From Octopus vulgaris (taxonomy: Eukaryota): a stretch of DNA of 64,000 nucleotides. The notes under the pieces were generated by a model. It worked only from the letters and a program-made list of their open reading frames with translations, made no database searches and was not told the DNA's origin. How positions within the stretch are numbered: position 1 is the first letter of the stretch; each line of letters opens with the position of its first letter. Position numbers and translations under genes: made by a program. Of the stretch, positions 42,084-56,457 are shown one piece after another. The DNA lies in NCBI GenBank assembly GCA_951406725.2, contig OX597818.1, positions 112,406,001-112,470,000 of the forward strand. The letters are read 5' to 3'.

Positions 42084-42202
42084 TATATGCATATGTATAT
42101 ATACGTATGTATATATCTGTCCATCCCACTCTCTCTCTCTCATCCTCTCCCCATCTCTCTCTGTCACTCTCTCTGTCACTCTCTCTCTCTCTCTCTCTCT
42201 CT

Positions 42203-42236
<34 letters not shown>

Positions 42237-42289
42237 CATAAAACGTACATGCAAATATACATATTTTAAAATTATTTCGTATAAACGGT

Positions 42290-42540
42290 AAAGTTACCTT
42301 CCTGAATCACACCGAAACATTAGGGCTGGTTTCGCGGTTTTAATGGCGTCTTATATTTCCCACCTGTGTGGGGTGCCTGTCCATTGTAGAATTACTCATC
42401 CTTGCCTGCCGAATGGACTGGAGCAACGAGAAATGAAGTGTTTTGCACTAGAATACAACTTGTCGCCCTGTCCAGGGATCGAAATCCCAATCTTACGATC
42501 ATGAGACCAACGCCCTAACCACTAAGCCTAGCATATCCAC
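42290..42540 (-). mobile_element. tRNA-headed SINE (C-related, different tail)
   Basis: Minus head cttagtggttagggcg...tttcgatccctgg; core gcaaaacacttcatttctcgttgctccagtcc. Confidence 0.75.
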
Positions 42541-42659
42541 ATTATTTCGTATGCTATAAGTAACAAATGTTTGGTTTGCTCTGGTGTACGCGGTACACAT
42601 TATTACAAGAAAACAATTCTACCTATCTAAATTAATTTAAATGATATAAACCAGGTGTA

Positions 42660-43083
42660 ACCTTATCGTACACCTTATTGCTCAGAAACCTGGACGTTAT
42701 CAAAGAAGCTTGAGAGGCGGTTGGATGGAACCTACTCTCGCCTCCTTATGAGAGCTCAAAATCTCTCGTGGAAGCGCCATCCAACCAAAATGCAAATATA
42801 TGGGAAAGTACCACCTGTGTCATCTCTTGTGAATGGTAGGAGAGTCCAGTTTGCTGGACATTGTTGTAGAGCTGAAAAATAGGTAATTTCTCCTCTTCTC
42901 CTCTGGAAGCAATCTACTTGCAATACCAGAGGGCGCACACTCTCCTACCTTGATGTAATCTCCAGGGATACAGGCATCCAGCAACAGGACCTCCGTAATG
43001 CCATGATGGACCGTGAAGTCTAGCGTAGCATGGTAAATTCCATTGTCTCGACCACGGTCGAACAATGATGATGATGATGATTA
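42660..43083 (+). mobile_element. RTE-clade LINE 3' end with (TGA)n tail
   Basis: SETWTLSKKLERRLDGTYSRLLMRAQNLSW...RRVQFAGHC...AMMDREV*. Confidence 0.85.
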
Positions 43084-43888
43084 TCGTACACACCGAGTAT
43101 TCGAGCAACCAATTTCTCAATTGATATTTGATTTTTGCATCAAATGCATGACGAAAATTTCTAAGTATTTTCTCGTGAAAGTAATTTCTTGAAAACGTCT
43201 TCTTTTTTCAGTATTTCTGATATTGCTTAAGCGAAATGGTTTGCGGGAGTTAAGAAGCAGAAAAGCGAAGGTTAAACAAGAGTATTGTGGTGCTATGAGT
43301 AGCTACGTGGAAACAATTAAGCTAACGCCACTTCAGTTGTAGAAGTGAAGCGAATGTCATTAATTTATCTTCAGAAACGGTTCAAGCGTTGCGTATTCCT
43401 TAGTCGATGGAAAATTTATCGGATAGGTGTTAAAGTCGTGAGAAGAAAAGAATCGCTTCATCCCGTTAGAATGGCTTATAATAGGCATTTACGGTCAGTA
43501 GAGCGAACCTGAAAACTATTAATGGTATTATTAATCTCTTTGAGCAATCTTGCTTCTTATACAGGTAGAAATAGATAAAGGAAGCAAATAATTGCATCTT
43601 GATAAAAATGACGCAAAATAGATCAAACAGTTTCACTAGCCATTGGAGATTTCGATACATTCTACATAAATTTCATCTTCCTTATACTGTATGGACGTGT
43701 CATCAACATAATGAGATAATCAGTTTTAGTTATTTCAAAGTAAGCAGACGTCCGTGAAGTATTCTCTAATACACAGGCTTCTTCATAAAACCTATTAAAT
43801 CTAAACATATTAGAAGTGTATTTCTTTCTTAATTAGTTTTCACATATATAAATTAAGATGTAACGACATTCACTTCAGATTTTACATA

Positions 43889-43928
<40 letters not shown>

Positions 43929-43977
43929 CATACATACATACATACATACATACATACATACATACATACATACATAC

Positions 43978-46030
43978 AGGCTGGGGATGTTTGTGTGTGT
44001 CTCGAGCGACTGTCGTAGTCGCTAAAGTCCAAGCTAGCACTTTGATTATTTGTGTATTCTCATGTGGGATCTGGTGCCAAAGTCAGATGCACAATGGCAG
44101 CCGCAATACTAGATACACAAAACGCTCTACTGTGTTAGTCGTTGCCTTCATTGCCGCGCGCTTTTCCACTTGGCTGACTCGTCTTTAATTTTAGTAGGCT
44201 TCGATTCGCTTGCGAATTGCTTGTGTACGTTCAGGCATGTACGTGACCACGGTTTCCCATTGTTCTTCATTTACGTTACATTTCAGGAGAGATTATTTCA
44301 GTTGTCTCTGTAGCGACGTTTTTGTCTTCTTCTCGGTCGATGGTTCTCTGCCAGTTCACTCTACAACAGCTTTGGTAGCCTGTTGTCGTACATGAATACG
44401 GGGTGTCCAGACCATCTCAGCTGAGTCTGTGTCAGCAGTGCATATATGCGTAGAATGAGGGCTTGCTCAAGACCTTTTATATTAGAAAATCTATAGTACC
44501 ATTTTATGTTTAAAATACGTCGGAAGCAGCACTGCTTAAACTGAAATAGTAGCCTGACATACCTACGGTAGAGATTCACGACTCATATACTTACAGCAAT
44601 ATAGTCAGGACTAATGCTCTATATACTGCGCACGTCATTTCCAGTTTTAAGCCCCTTTCGTTCCACATCATTTGATAAGAAACACTTGCCCTGACGATGC
44701 GACTGGATATCTGGAAAAGGTGAGACTAGTTCCAAGACACGAGAAGGATTCTACATTTTTAAGGGCCTTGCAGTAAATTTTATTTCGGGCATGCTTACTG
44801 TAGAACGGTTTGCCGTTGGAGCTTCACTTCAGTCTTCTTGACACTTATTGTAAGTCCAAGACCCTTGGTTGCCTCCGACAAGAAGTCGACAAGTCTTTGA
44901 TGGTCATACTCTAAATGAGCAGCAATTACACAGTCATCATCATACGGGAGGTCACGCATAAATGATTTAGTGACGCTCGTCTTTGCCTTAAGGCAATGAG
45001 TTTTGTAGGTGCCTCCATCTGTCATGTATATGATCTAAATGCCTGGATCTGAGTCTTTAAAGGTAGAGAGAAGTATTTTGCTAAAAGGGAGGTTGAAGTG
45101 TGTTGGTACAAGAACCCATCTTCGCTTGATTCCGTTAGTGGCGGGGAGCTCAACATCTTTACTATCATTAACTAGGCTCGCATCTATATTATCGCGAAAA
45201 ACTCACTGGTAATTATCACCACCTTGGGAAGGATTTCGGTTCGAGCGAGTAGAGTCCAAAGTCCTGAGTGTGACGCAGTTTCGAAAGCATTAATGAGTTC
45301 GACAAAGATAATTTAGAGAAATCCATATTTTATTGCTTACATTTTTTCCCGCATCTGTCTTGAAGCGTATTCCATGTTGTATCCCTCTGTTCCGGCGAAC
45401 ACTGCACCGGCTTTCTGGTACAGTTTTGTGAAGATGACCATTTAACCTGTTTAGGATGACCTTGGCGAGGATCTTGCCCGCGATACTCAGCGGAAAGAAC
45501 TCGTGACACCTGTCGCAACTGGACTTGTCAGGTTTACCTTCTAATATCATTCAGATCTTCGGGTAGACAGGCATCATCCCAGCACTTACAAAGGAACTCA
45601 ATGTGTTTCTGTATCGGTGATGGAACCCATCGGGGCCAGCTGATTTGCCAGTTGCAACACATGCGATTGCTCTTGCAACCTCATTCTCCTTGGGTGAGTC
45701 ATCGAGTGCCATATACTGCGGTCAGGCTGGCATCTTTTCAATAACCCTGGAGTCAATCAAAGGTAGTCTGTTTACGAATAGCTCGAAGTGTTCTGACCAT
45801 CTGTTATTTTATTGCCTCGTTAAGCGTGAAGAATTCACTCTTCCGCTTCCGGATAGGACCCGACCTTGTATCTGGTGTCCCGCACAACTCCCTCAAGCTG
45901 GAATAGAACAGTTTTGCATTTTTCCAGTCAGCATAACCTTCAATCTCTTCTGCCTTATTTTTCTACCATTTATATTGTATCCCTTTGGTGTTAGAAATTC
46001 ACTGTTTATATCTATAGGTCATTTATAGAA
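43978..46030 (-). mobile_element. RTE (BovB-like) LINE, ~2 kb decayed RT region with (TATG)n tail
   Basis: LSIAGKILAKVILNRL..PESRC; RDLPYDDDC (~YADD); GLTISVKKTEV; QLRWSGH..M..NRLPKLL. Confidence 0.9.
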
Positions 46031-46087
46031 TTTTGAAATACAACTGAAGTTGACGACAGTTTGCCTATGCAAACAATGCATTATATA

Positions 46088-46300
46088 TGTGTGTGCGTGT
46101 GTGTGCGTGTACCTTTGTGTGTGTCTGTGTATCTATTTCTGTGTTCCCCAAGGCTGCTTGGTAACCTGTGCCAGTGTGTTTATGTTCCAGTAAATTTGCC
46201 GTTTGGTAAAAGGGACCGATATAAGAAGTACCAGGCTCCAAAATAATAAGTGAGATTCTTCAAGTCTGTGCACCGAAGTGAAATGACCAAACCAAACAAA
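46088..46300 (+). mobile_element. SINE family B, decayed 3' half
   Basis: Matches family B body in sense orientation. Confidence 0.6.
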
Positions 46301-47119
46301 AGATACAAAAAGTAAAATACACAAATTGCGAAACTTACAAAGAAAGATACATAAATTGGGAAACTTCAAGGAAGAGCCAATTGGTATTTCTATGAAGCTT
46401 TGCATGTCTTTGAAGACTGCTTTGGTAAAAAAGAAAAAAGAAAAACTATGGAAATTGATAATAGAGTCAGTTATGAAGACAACATATTAGACGGATATAA
46501 TTATATATTACAAGACTGACTGTAGCGTAATGATTATGAAATCCAAATAATTATAGTAAACTGAAAAAAGTAGGTTATAAAGCTTATCATGTACAGCGTT
46601 TTAGGAGTTGGATAAAAAATAATTGTATGTCAGATAAGAGATATTTGCAATTCTGTTTGTAATTGATGCAAATGAAAGGGTCGACTGTCATTTTACTAAA
46701 GACATTGAAAAATTACCTCTGGTACATGTATGAGCACATTCCAGAAAACTGCACTAATAAAATTAGAAAATATTGAAAGATCATTCTTGATAGCTTTTTT
46801 AATACGCAACATTTGTTGTTCTGTTTTTCAGATCAAGCTAATTGGATTTGATGACTTGATTGTTTGACTTGATGTATTTATCGTGTCTGTGAGTAAGAGA
46901 AAAAATTATAAATACTCATGTTCTATACATTGATCGTGGTATTTCGGGACGGTCATCTTTTTTATTTTTGCCCAATAAACACACGCAATGTATATTCGTT
47001 CTTCACTTCACTCGTCTATTACCATTCTTATTCTAACTCACGTCAATAATCCGGAAATCTTCCGTCACAGCAATACTTTCTGTTTTCGTGTGTTTTCTTG
47101 CTCTGCTTATTTCATAATA

Positions 47120-48300
47120 TTAGGTTGGCAAATAAGTTCCCGCTGTTTTTTTTATTTAAATTTTTCAAAAGTTTTAATAAAAAATAACAACTAATTCATC
47201 AATAATGTATTCAATATTGTTGTTTACAATTTCTTCCCAAAGTTTAACAAGCTTTTCAGTACCTCGTTGGTAGAAATCACTCGATTTCGACTCGAAAAAT
47301 TCATCCAGCTAAGCTCTCAATTCTGCAACAGTATTAAACGAAACTCCGCGCATAGCATTTGAAATAGATGGAAAGAGGTGGAAATTCGTTGGTGCCAAAT
47401 CAGGAGAGTACGTCGGGTGTGGCAGTACTGCCCAGCCATGCGTTTGAACGGCTTTCTTAGTCATATTGGCGATATGAGGGCAGGCGTTGTTGTGCAGCAG
47501 AACTCCATACCGCTGATTAGGTCTTTTCTCTTGAATAACCGTGTTAAGTCGTTCCATCTGTTTAACATAGAGTTCCGCGTTGACCGTTTGGATGCATTCA
47601 AGCAATTCGTAATGGATAATACCTTCCCACTCCGACCATACGCTCAATGCAGATGAAAATCTTGTTTCACGCGCGGTTTTGCTTGTTTACCGGGGCTAAG
47701 CCATTCCTTACGCTGCTTTATATTGATGTACAGTCACCATTTTTCGTCGCTAGTAACGATTCGGTAAAGAAATCGTTGCGTGTGTCCATGAGTTGAGCAG
47801 TGACGTACAAGCAAACCAGCGGAGACTGTGGTTCGTTGATTTGTTATTGTCACTAAAAGAATGCGGAACCCATGCTCCATACTTTTGAACCTTTCCTATC
47901 GAGTGAAGGTGCTTCTCTATAGCAGTGTGGAAGCATTCTATTTTCCCTGCCAGTTCTCTTGTCGTTTGACGAGAATTTTCGTGCAAAAGTTGGTTTAATT
48001 GCTCTTCATCGAACTGAACTGGACGGCCAGAACAAGGATTGTCGCGAGTAGCTTTTGTGTCGTTAGAACCTTGATTAAAATCAAAAAGAAGGGGTTGAAA
48101 ATGCTCGTTTTTCTTAACTTTACATTCCATCTTAATTATTTGAAAATAAATAGAAATTAACTAAAATTATCTGGAAGAAAAAAAAAAGATTCCAAAATGA
48201 TTCAAAAATAGAATTCTCGAAAAAAATAAATTCTAACATTTAAAAATGCAATAAATTCCAAAATTTAAAAAAAACGGCGGGAACTTAGTTGCCAACCCAA
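47120..48300 (-). mobile_element. Mariner (DD34D) element, near full length, inactive
   Basis: TIRs ttaggttggcaaataagttcccgc / gcgggaacttagttgccaacccaa, TA on both sides; GAWVPH, HNNACPH, HPTYSPDLAPTNFHLF. Confidence 0.95.
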
Positions 48301-48806
48301 TACATTGTTTTCTATTTAATAAAATGCATACATATTTATTTTAGTAATGTATAAATTTTGCGTAAAATGAAGAATACACAAACTTTGAACCACTAATAAT
48401 AAATTGTACTAATAGACTGCTATCTTCTGCCATTCATTTTCAATAACATAGCGTGAGAATATTATCTGTATATAAAATGCAATAGATAGTATAGGGGTGC
48501 TAATTGCTGGGAAATGTCAGTGTCTCTGTTGAAACAGTAGTTAAATACAGAATTTTGCTGAAACAGTAGTAAAATACATTATCATATGAATATATAATTT
48601 CTGATAAATAACGCTCAGAAATATAATATAAAGTCTTCAGGTGGGTTCTAAAGAAGATAACTCGCGACGGAAATGGAAGGAAATGCCGAGTATTCGATGT
48701 CAGAATATAAACAGAATATTATCGAGCACACAAACACACACACGCGCGCGCACACGCAAAGCAAACGCGCACACATTTACACACACACACGATTAAATCA
48801 TGCACG

Positions 48807-48837
<31 letters not shown>

Positions 48838-48972
48838 TCATGCTTCATCTTGAGAGATCTCAATACGCGTTTTCATTCATACTTGCGAGACAAAAATAGA
48901 TAACTCTATATATTTCATAACACAGTTCTTCCAAAGTTCACCATCTAAGATAAAGAACAAATGCAAAATCAC

Positions 48973-49017
<45 letters not shown>

Positions 49018-49949
49018 TTCAAGTTTAAACAATATTGGGAATCTCATCAATCTTTTATTCATATTTTTTTTTCGTCTTTCGTTTTGCTAGGAGAAAAAAC
49101 AAAATTTCTTCTACCAAAATAAAAACGCAGTATTGTTTTATCACGTGTGTGCATCAGTTCATTTCTTTTGAAGAATAATCTCTATATAAGCACATTCTTT
49201 CGCACTCTCCGTATCTCCTCTCTCTCTCCTTCCCTCAATCTCTCTCTATATATCTATATACTTTTTCATATATGTGTGCGTGTGTGCACGATTCTGTATG
49301 TGTACGCAACAAGTATTTTAAAATATTTTCTAACCCAAACGTGTAAGATAAAAAAAATGTATATTGTTATTACTTAAGTATCTTCAATTGAGCTTTTCTC
49401 AACCGTTTGCCAACTGCTCACATCAATAGAAATATTTATCTCTAATATTTTCCTCTCTTCAAAAAAAAAAAAAATTATAAAAACGGGGTTTGTGTGGATC
49501 ATCTTAGACACTCCTAAATACACAAATTCACCTGTGATATTCAACCATATGATATGTTTTTCGTTTATTTTTCTTTTCTTCTTTTCTTAATCTATCCCCT
49601 TCATACACATATTCTGGATAGAATAATTGAAACCCAACATACTAAAGTTCCAGTATTGATGTGAATGTCACAAATATTTCATCTTGAATATTCAACTGCA
49701 ATCCAAATGTTACTCTATATCAACATTATTAAAAACAAAACTCATTGCTTTGAGAATCAGACGAGATAATATAAATTCGATAAAAAATATACAGATCGTA
49801 GCTAAAAATACGAAAGCGAGTTGAAGAAGGGAATGAGTTTTCAAACTATATACATCAGTAACGAAAATACATGAAGTAAGTACATGAAGTTGATTCACTA
49901 TTCTGACTATTTGAACTTGGTATATAGGTTATATGAAGTAGGTACATGT

Positions 49950-50800
49950 ATATAACTGCCGAAATAATAACGGCATACCATAATGTCTGAAGCATAAGTC
50001 AGTTAGCATAATGCTTATAACCACGTATTGAATGTCGTAACTATTGGTTTCTCCAATTGCAAAATGAAATGATAAATATCCTTTATGCAAATAGGCCAGA
50101 GTTAAGGGCGAAGAAAATAATCTTTGCCAAGTTGAGCGATATATTTTTGGGTCATAACTAGAATGACAACATTTGACATGAGGGAATCTTCAGGAGTTAT
50201 TCACTAAACAAATTCTAATTTACCATCATATCTACTTCCTTTCATCGTCTATGGATTCAACCAATTTCTCAAGTTTTGCTTATCATAATAAAAGCATCAC
50301 ATGTGTATACATAATTTACTTTTGACGAGAGATACATTTATCAGTCTTCAAGGGGTAGATAATTTTGGATATTCTTAAGTATTTACATTGCGAAAATTCT
50401 TAATTATAACCGCGTGAGTTAATTAATGAATAATGATATAAATATGGTCATAGCTACAACAATTTAAACAAATTAGAATGGCACTTGGGATTACAACACC
50501 TGTTTCATTCCCAGCAATTTTCACAACTTCATCATAAAAGATCCTTTAATTGCTCTCATTAGGATTGACATATTAAAGTCCGGTGATAAAAGAACTCATT
50601 TGAACATTTAATTTAACTTCAATAGTTAGGGAACCAGCTTGAAGTCTCTGGAGACTGATTTCCACAGCGTTTAGTACTTCTTTGTGTTGTTCATTATTCT
50701 GTTGTTGCTTAAGTACAAATGAAAGATGAGTGACTGATGCTGTATAACCACAGCATTTCCTCAAAAGATTAAGAGAAACCACACACAAAAACCCTAAATG
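49950..50800 (-). mobile_element. Possible decayed PIF1-like helicase (Helitron) remnant
   Basis: NNEQHKEVLNAV...FITG, later IHRR*KEV...NLFS, in PIF1 motif order; very disrupted. Confidence 0.2.
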
Positions 50801-50921
50801 CAATATGGTATGATTTTAATAAACAACAACATGATTGAGTCTTATAAAATAGAGTATATATATATATATATATATATATATTAGTCATATTATTATATGA
50901 TCGAACGCCAGGCATCCATTT

Positions 50922-50961
<40 letters not shown>

Positions 50962-52163
50962 TAGGAAAAAGAAAAAGATCAGGACCTCATAGGAGTTATA
51001 TGTCATCAAAATCAAGTTACTTGACGCAAGTTAAACTGGTCGAATAAACGAAAGAATTCAGATATATTAACGAAATGCTATGATACTGTGTTTCGATTTG
51101 TACTTTTAGTTGATGACAAAATAATAATATTCTATCGTGATTGCCTTACATGTGAAATTCAAATTCAGAAAATGAAAATCGAAATAACAACGCACCAGCA
51201 GTTTTCTCTTAAGTACGTGAACGATGAGTATATGAAGGGTTCATTCACTTATCATTTTATGTCGATTTCAGAGGGCGATTAAGATCACAATATCATGAGA
51301 AATGTGTTGCTTCAAACAACGGAGGAATGGTTAAATTTGCCACGTTTGCATGACTGACAAGTAGTTTTAAACATAGTATATTACACCTTGATTCTGTTTG
51401 GACAGAGATCTTCGCTGACACGCCACTGACTTTCAGTACACGTAAAGTGTTAAACAATTACAGTTTGCAAATGAGTTGCGGCATTTCTCTGAATCTACTG
51501 GACTTTGAGTTTATAAACAGATTGGCTTACAATTTCTGTGATCGTGGTCAATTGATGCAGACAGTCATGATGACAACCCGATTAGTTTCGGAAATCGATT
51601 AAGACTTGCTGTCATATTTTCGAGTCTATGGTAAGATAGTTAAAGTTGGCATGTTTATATTTCTACCACGTAGGCTTTCATATATTATTCATTATAAGGT
51701 TTCAATTAATTGTCTTCTATGCAGTATTAATGCAACAAAGACGTAGCATCCTGATTTCCATTGCCGAAAGAGTTAAGCGAACTCTCTCTGTCTCTGTCTG
51801 TCTGACTGTCTCTGTCTGCCTGTCTCTGTCTGTCTGTCTGTCTGTCTGTGTGTGTATCTCTCTCTCTCTCTCTCTCTCACTAATATACGGCCACAATGTA
51901 TTACCTGCTATATATATATATCTATATCTATCTATATATAAGCAATAAATTAAATAGAGAGATACGACTGTCAATCCGAATAATTTATCTATATTATAAT
52001 ATAATATACTATGAATGTAGTGTAAGATAATATAATATGAGGCAACATAAAAAAATATTATTAAATCAAAATAGGCAACAAAGTGTTTCGACTTATATAC
52101 ACTATTGATATATAAACACTTCACTTCAGTTATATAAGCCTCAACAGAACTAAGGTTTAAAGA

Positions 52164-52250
<87 letters not shown>

Positions 52251-52419
52251 ATCTTAACGTTTTGTAATCTTAATCTATATAATAATGTTGAATTTTGAAA
52301 ATTAATTCAGGATTTTGAATCGTTTTAGTGCATATTCTTATTTATTTATTTAGTTAATCGGGGTGGGGGGAGACTTCCGTAATAAACATGAAGAGTAACC
52401 TAACAGAAATGTCCTTTGT

Positions 52420-52525
52420 ATACTTAATTTATCGGGGAGGGGGTAATTCGATGGCGTCGACCACACTGCTCATTTGCTACTTATTTTATGGACATCGAAA
52501 TGAAGAAAGGCAAAGTCCACCTTAG
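52420..52525 (-). mobile_element. SINE family A fragment
   Basis: tacttattttatggacatcgaaatgaagaaaggcaaagtc. Confidence 0.55.
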
Positions 52526-52778
52526 TTGTTCATGAAAAAGATTTGAATAATTGGGCAAGGTGACCAATTCCACCAACATTCGAAGATTAGGTGGAAACGG
52601 TATCAAGGTAGTTGGGATGTAAATATCATGGCAGACTATTATTGGAACATAGAGCGAAACCTAATATTTCCACCGAGAGAATGGCAAAATTCTTGCGCGA
52701 GCTTGTATCACTTAAATCCAATAAAGTAGAAATGTCTCAATATCCTTTGATTTCTTTATCCAGTTTGTATTTTATAAG

Positions 52779-52901
52779 TTCTGAAGGTGATGGTCATTCG
52801 CGCATCAGCAAGGATGAATGTAAATTTGAACAATAGGCAGAATGTGACACAACTATAATCAGACAATACGAGGTAATCATATACATGTACACACACAGAC
52901 G

Positions 52902-52956
<55 letters not shown>

Positions 52957-53066
52957 AGGTCCCGGGTTGAGTCGGGGTTAACCACAGTAAATAAGGTACT
53001 CAATTTTACTCTGCTTTGTATTGAGTACCTTATTTACTGTGGTTAACCCCGACTCAACCCGGGACC

Positions 53067-53125
<59 letters not shown>

Positions 53126-53273
53126 GTGTGTGTGCGTCTGTGTGTGTGTGTGTGTGTGTGTGTACATGTATATGATTACCTCGTGTTGTCTGATTATAGT
53201 TGTGTCACATACCGCCTATTGTTCAAATTTACATTCATCCTTGCTGATGCGCGAATGACTATCACCTTCAGAA
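52779..53273. repeat. Large fold-back inverted duplication with perfect 51-bp core arms
   Basis: 52779-53004 vs 53020-53273; 15 nt spacer. Confidence 0.95.
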
Positions 53274-53428
53274 GCTTTATGAAAATAAACAAAAGACGAA
53301 GGCAGGTGGAGTACAAGCAAACAATTGTATTAGTATTAGTATATATATATATACATATATATATATACATACATATATGCGTTTATATATATACACACAT
53401 ACACACACACACACACACATATATATAT

Positions 53429-54621
53429 TGTTACGGCGGAATCACCCGTCATCGCCCGTCCCGAACGGCTCAACACAAGTTCCGCCACGGAACCCAAAGA
53501 GGCGGAGAGAGGAGATACAGATAGATACTGCCACAACCCCAACAGCACAGAGATACAGAGGCACAACCCGAGATACAACCCAAAGAGGCAAGGCAACAGA
53601 GACACTGGCTTATATTCAAACAACAGTTTATATGACAATCAATTACAATTGCTACACATCAAATACATTTAAGGCAGACATTTAAAGGAAGACATGCACG
53701 TGACTACTCAATACATCATACAACAGATCAAAGCATAATACAACAGCATGTAACAATATAACAGTCCGGAGACACAACAAGTCCAGATCAAATAATGTTC
53801 ACGATACGTCACAGTCCAATCAGAACACTTCGATACATTATACAATGTTCGTATCACAACAATTCACGTTACAATTCAACAAGTCCTTTACTCAATTCAC
53901 AATGTTCTTTATCGACTACATCGACAGAGTCCTTCTTCTTCTCTCTTCTTTCTCTTCTTTTCTTTTACAGTCTCTTTACCTCGTGACACATATCAATGCA
54001 CAAAACACATACCTTAATTCCTAACTGAATCGCCAGTGTCCCATTCTGCACTCATCCCTCAATACTGCCAAATCCAGCCTGCCAAACTCCTGCATCCCAA
54101 CTTGCTTGCTCCTAAGTTTCCACCTACTCGCTCTGATTTCCAGAATCCGACTGTCCTTCTTCGACGACCGACTCCAACTCCAAGATCCGTCTGTGTTCCT
54201 CGACGACCGCTCAACGACTGCCCTTCTTGACGACCAACTGCGAACTACCAGACCTCACTTCGTCTCTGTCCCTCTTCCACTCCCCTCATCTCCCTCTGTC
54301 TATATCGCTCTTACCCTTTCTAACTGCCCTGGTCCTTATACCCTATCTATATCGCCTGCTGTCTCTTAGCCTCTCCATCCGTCCCCTACTGCTTATACCC
54401 TATCTCTATTTGCTCTCAGCCCTTAATCTGTCTTCCTCTTCTTTCACTTCTCACTGACCCTCTTATCAACCACACGAGGTCACAGGTCATTCCAAAACCC
54501 ATTAGTCCTCCATTAGACAAAGGACTGTCACATTTCGCCCAGACATGATGGTGCCATTATTCCTATGTGGGTCAACAGAAACACTACACTAATTAAACCC
54601 GAAATGCACTTAGCCAACCGT

Positions 54622-54625
<4 letters not shown>
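53429..54625 (-). mobile_element. Solo LTR (Gypsy-like), ~1.2 kb
   Basis: TGTTACGG...CCGTAACA termini; ATAT on both sides within (TA)n; no coding capacity; orientation inferred. Confidence 0.75.
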
Positions 54626-54663
<38 letters not shown>

Positions 54664-55196
54664 GTGTGTATACATACATATATACATGTATATACATTCA
54701 TATATATATATATAGATAAATAAATAGATAGATAGAAATGGATATATACATATTGGTTTATGCACACATGTACTCAAAGCAAACTCATATACGCACACAC
54801 ACACATGCTTACATCTTAAGATATTTTATTAAAATTAGTTTCATGCACAAATGCGTATTTAAGTATATGATATGGTCGTGTTTGTCCTTTTGAATGTGTA
54901 CGCTCGTATGTGTAGACGCTGTTGAAATATAACATCTGGAGGTGTTTGGAGAATAATCCATACAAAAGTTCGTATAAATAACAGAAAAGTGAAGTATGGT
55001 CAATTTATCATGCAAGAAAGAGGAGAATGGGAGGGAAAGGTGGAGAGAATGGGAGACAGGCCGAGAGAGGGGGATAGAGATAAAATAATATTAATAGAGG
55101 GAGATTGATTTTTGTTTCAGATGCATAAAAAAGCAAACTTGTAGATATATACACGAAGCAAGAAAATAGAATGCACATACGCATTAGGTATGTACG

Positions 55197-55260
<64 letters not shown>

Positions 55261-56214
55261 ATATATATATATATATATATATATAGATAGATAGATAGAT
55301 ATATGTATGTGTGTGTGTTTGTGTGTGTTTGTGTGTGCGCATTTATATATATGAATATATGTATATATAAGTATATATATATATATATCTATATATATAT
55401 GTGTGTGTATGTATTTACTTTCGTGTTTGTCCGTACGTGAATTTACAAGCATATATATTATCGTTAAAATTTGATAGATATCTTTATCAACCTATCTCTT
55501 TATCTCCCTGCAGAAACTTGGGAGACAGATCAAAGCTAATATAAAGGAATATTATCCAAGTTTTTACAGCCATATTTAGAGATTTGATATTCGCAACATT
55601 TTTTCCCCTTTCTACATTTAATCTCTATGGCAGCACTTTTAATATCAGTTACACTTCTAATACAAATTTCCATATATAATCACAATTGGAGAAAATCGAT
55701 TCATTGAAAGTTTTCTGCCAAAAATTTTATCTTAGTTAACGATTTCAGATCCGCAGAGATACGGCTTTGAACTTGAATTATGAGTGACTGTTTATTACTG
55801 TAACGCTGCGTTAATGAAAATGTAAGTGTATTATTTTGACATTTACTCAGCAATGATAAAACGTAAAAATATATTGCGCAAAACCACTATTTACAGAAAA
55901 TCTTGTACACAAAGCCTGAAATAGTCAACCAAGAAAATCTATTGAATTCTATAAATAATCTTCTTATCCGTTTCAGTGGGGAGAAATGATTCTATAGATC
56001 CCAGACGTTTGTGAGGTTTACATACTTTTCGATATCGGAGAGAACGTCAAAACCGTGTTGTGATTTTGGTAAGATAGAATACTGCGTTTTATTCGTTGAA
56101 AAGTTCAATGAATGCCGGAAATTACGATGACTACTTTTACAGAGTATAACACAGAAAGGAAAGTGCTGTACAAAACTATAGATATTCGCTAAAGCCTTTC
56201 TTTATCAATGTTGA

Positions 56215-56423
56215 TTTCAAATTTTGGCCCCAAGTCAGCAAGTTCCGGGTAGGGGTTGGTCGATCACATTGACACCAATTGTCAACTGGTCCTTATTTAA
56301 TCGACGCCGAAAGGAACAAAATATAAAGTCGACCTCGGTGGAATTTGAACTCAGAACGTAAAAACAGACAACATGCCACTAAGCACTTTACTCGGAGTGC
56401 TAATGATTCTGTCAGTTTGCTAC
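56215..56423 (-). mobile_element. SINE family A
   Basis: aaagtcgacctcggtggaatttgaactcagaacg. Confidence 0.85.
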
Positions 56424-56457
56424 CTTTTATCTTATTAATATTAAATGGTTTCAAGAG

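Noticed and set aside
48525-48580. 28-bp tandem duplication
   Set aside because: Trivial local slippage
52075-52135. Minus-strand hammerhead-like motif
   Set aside because: Core reads CTGAAGT and stem I does not form
52794-53524. Twin divergent ORFs starting MSTLFTVVNPDSTRDL
   Set aside because: Consequence of the palindrome; non-ATG starts running into SSRs
55490-55580. Plus-strand splice acceptor ccctgcag
   Set aside because: No matching donor or recognisable peptide
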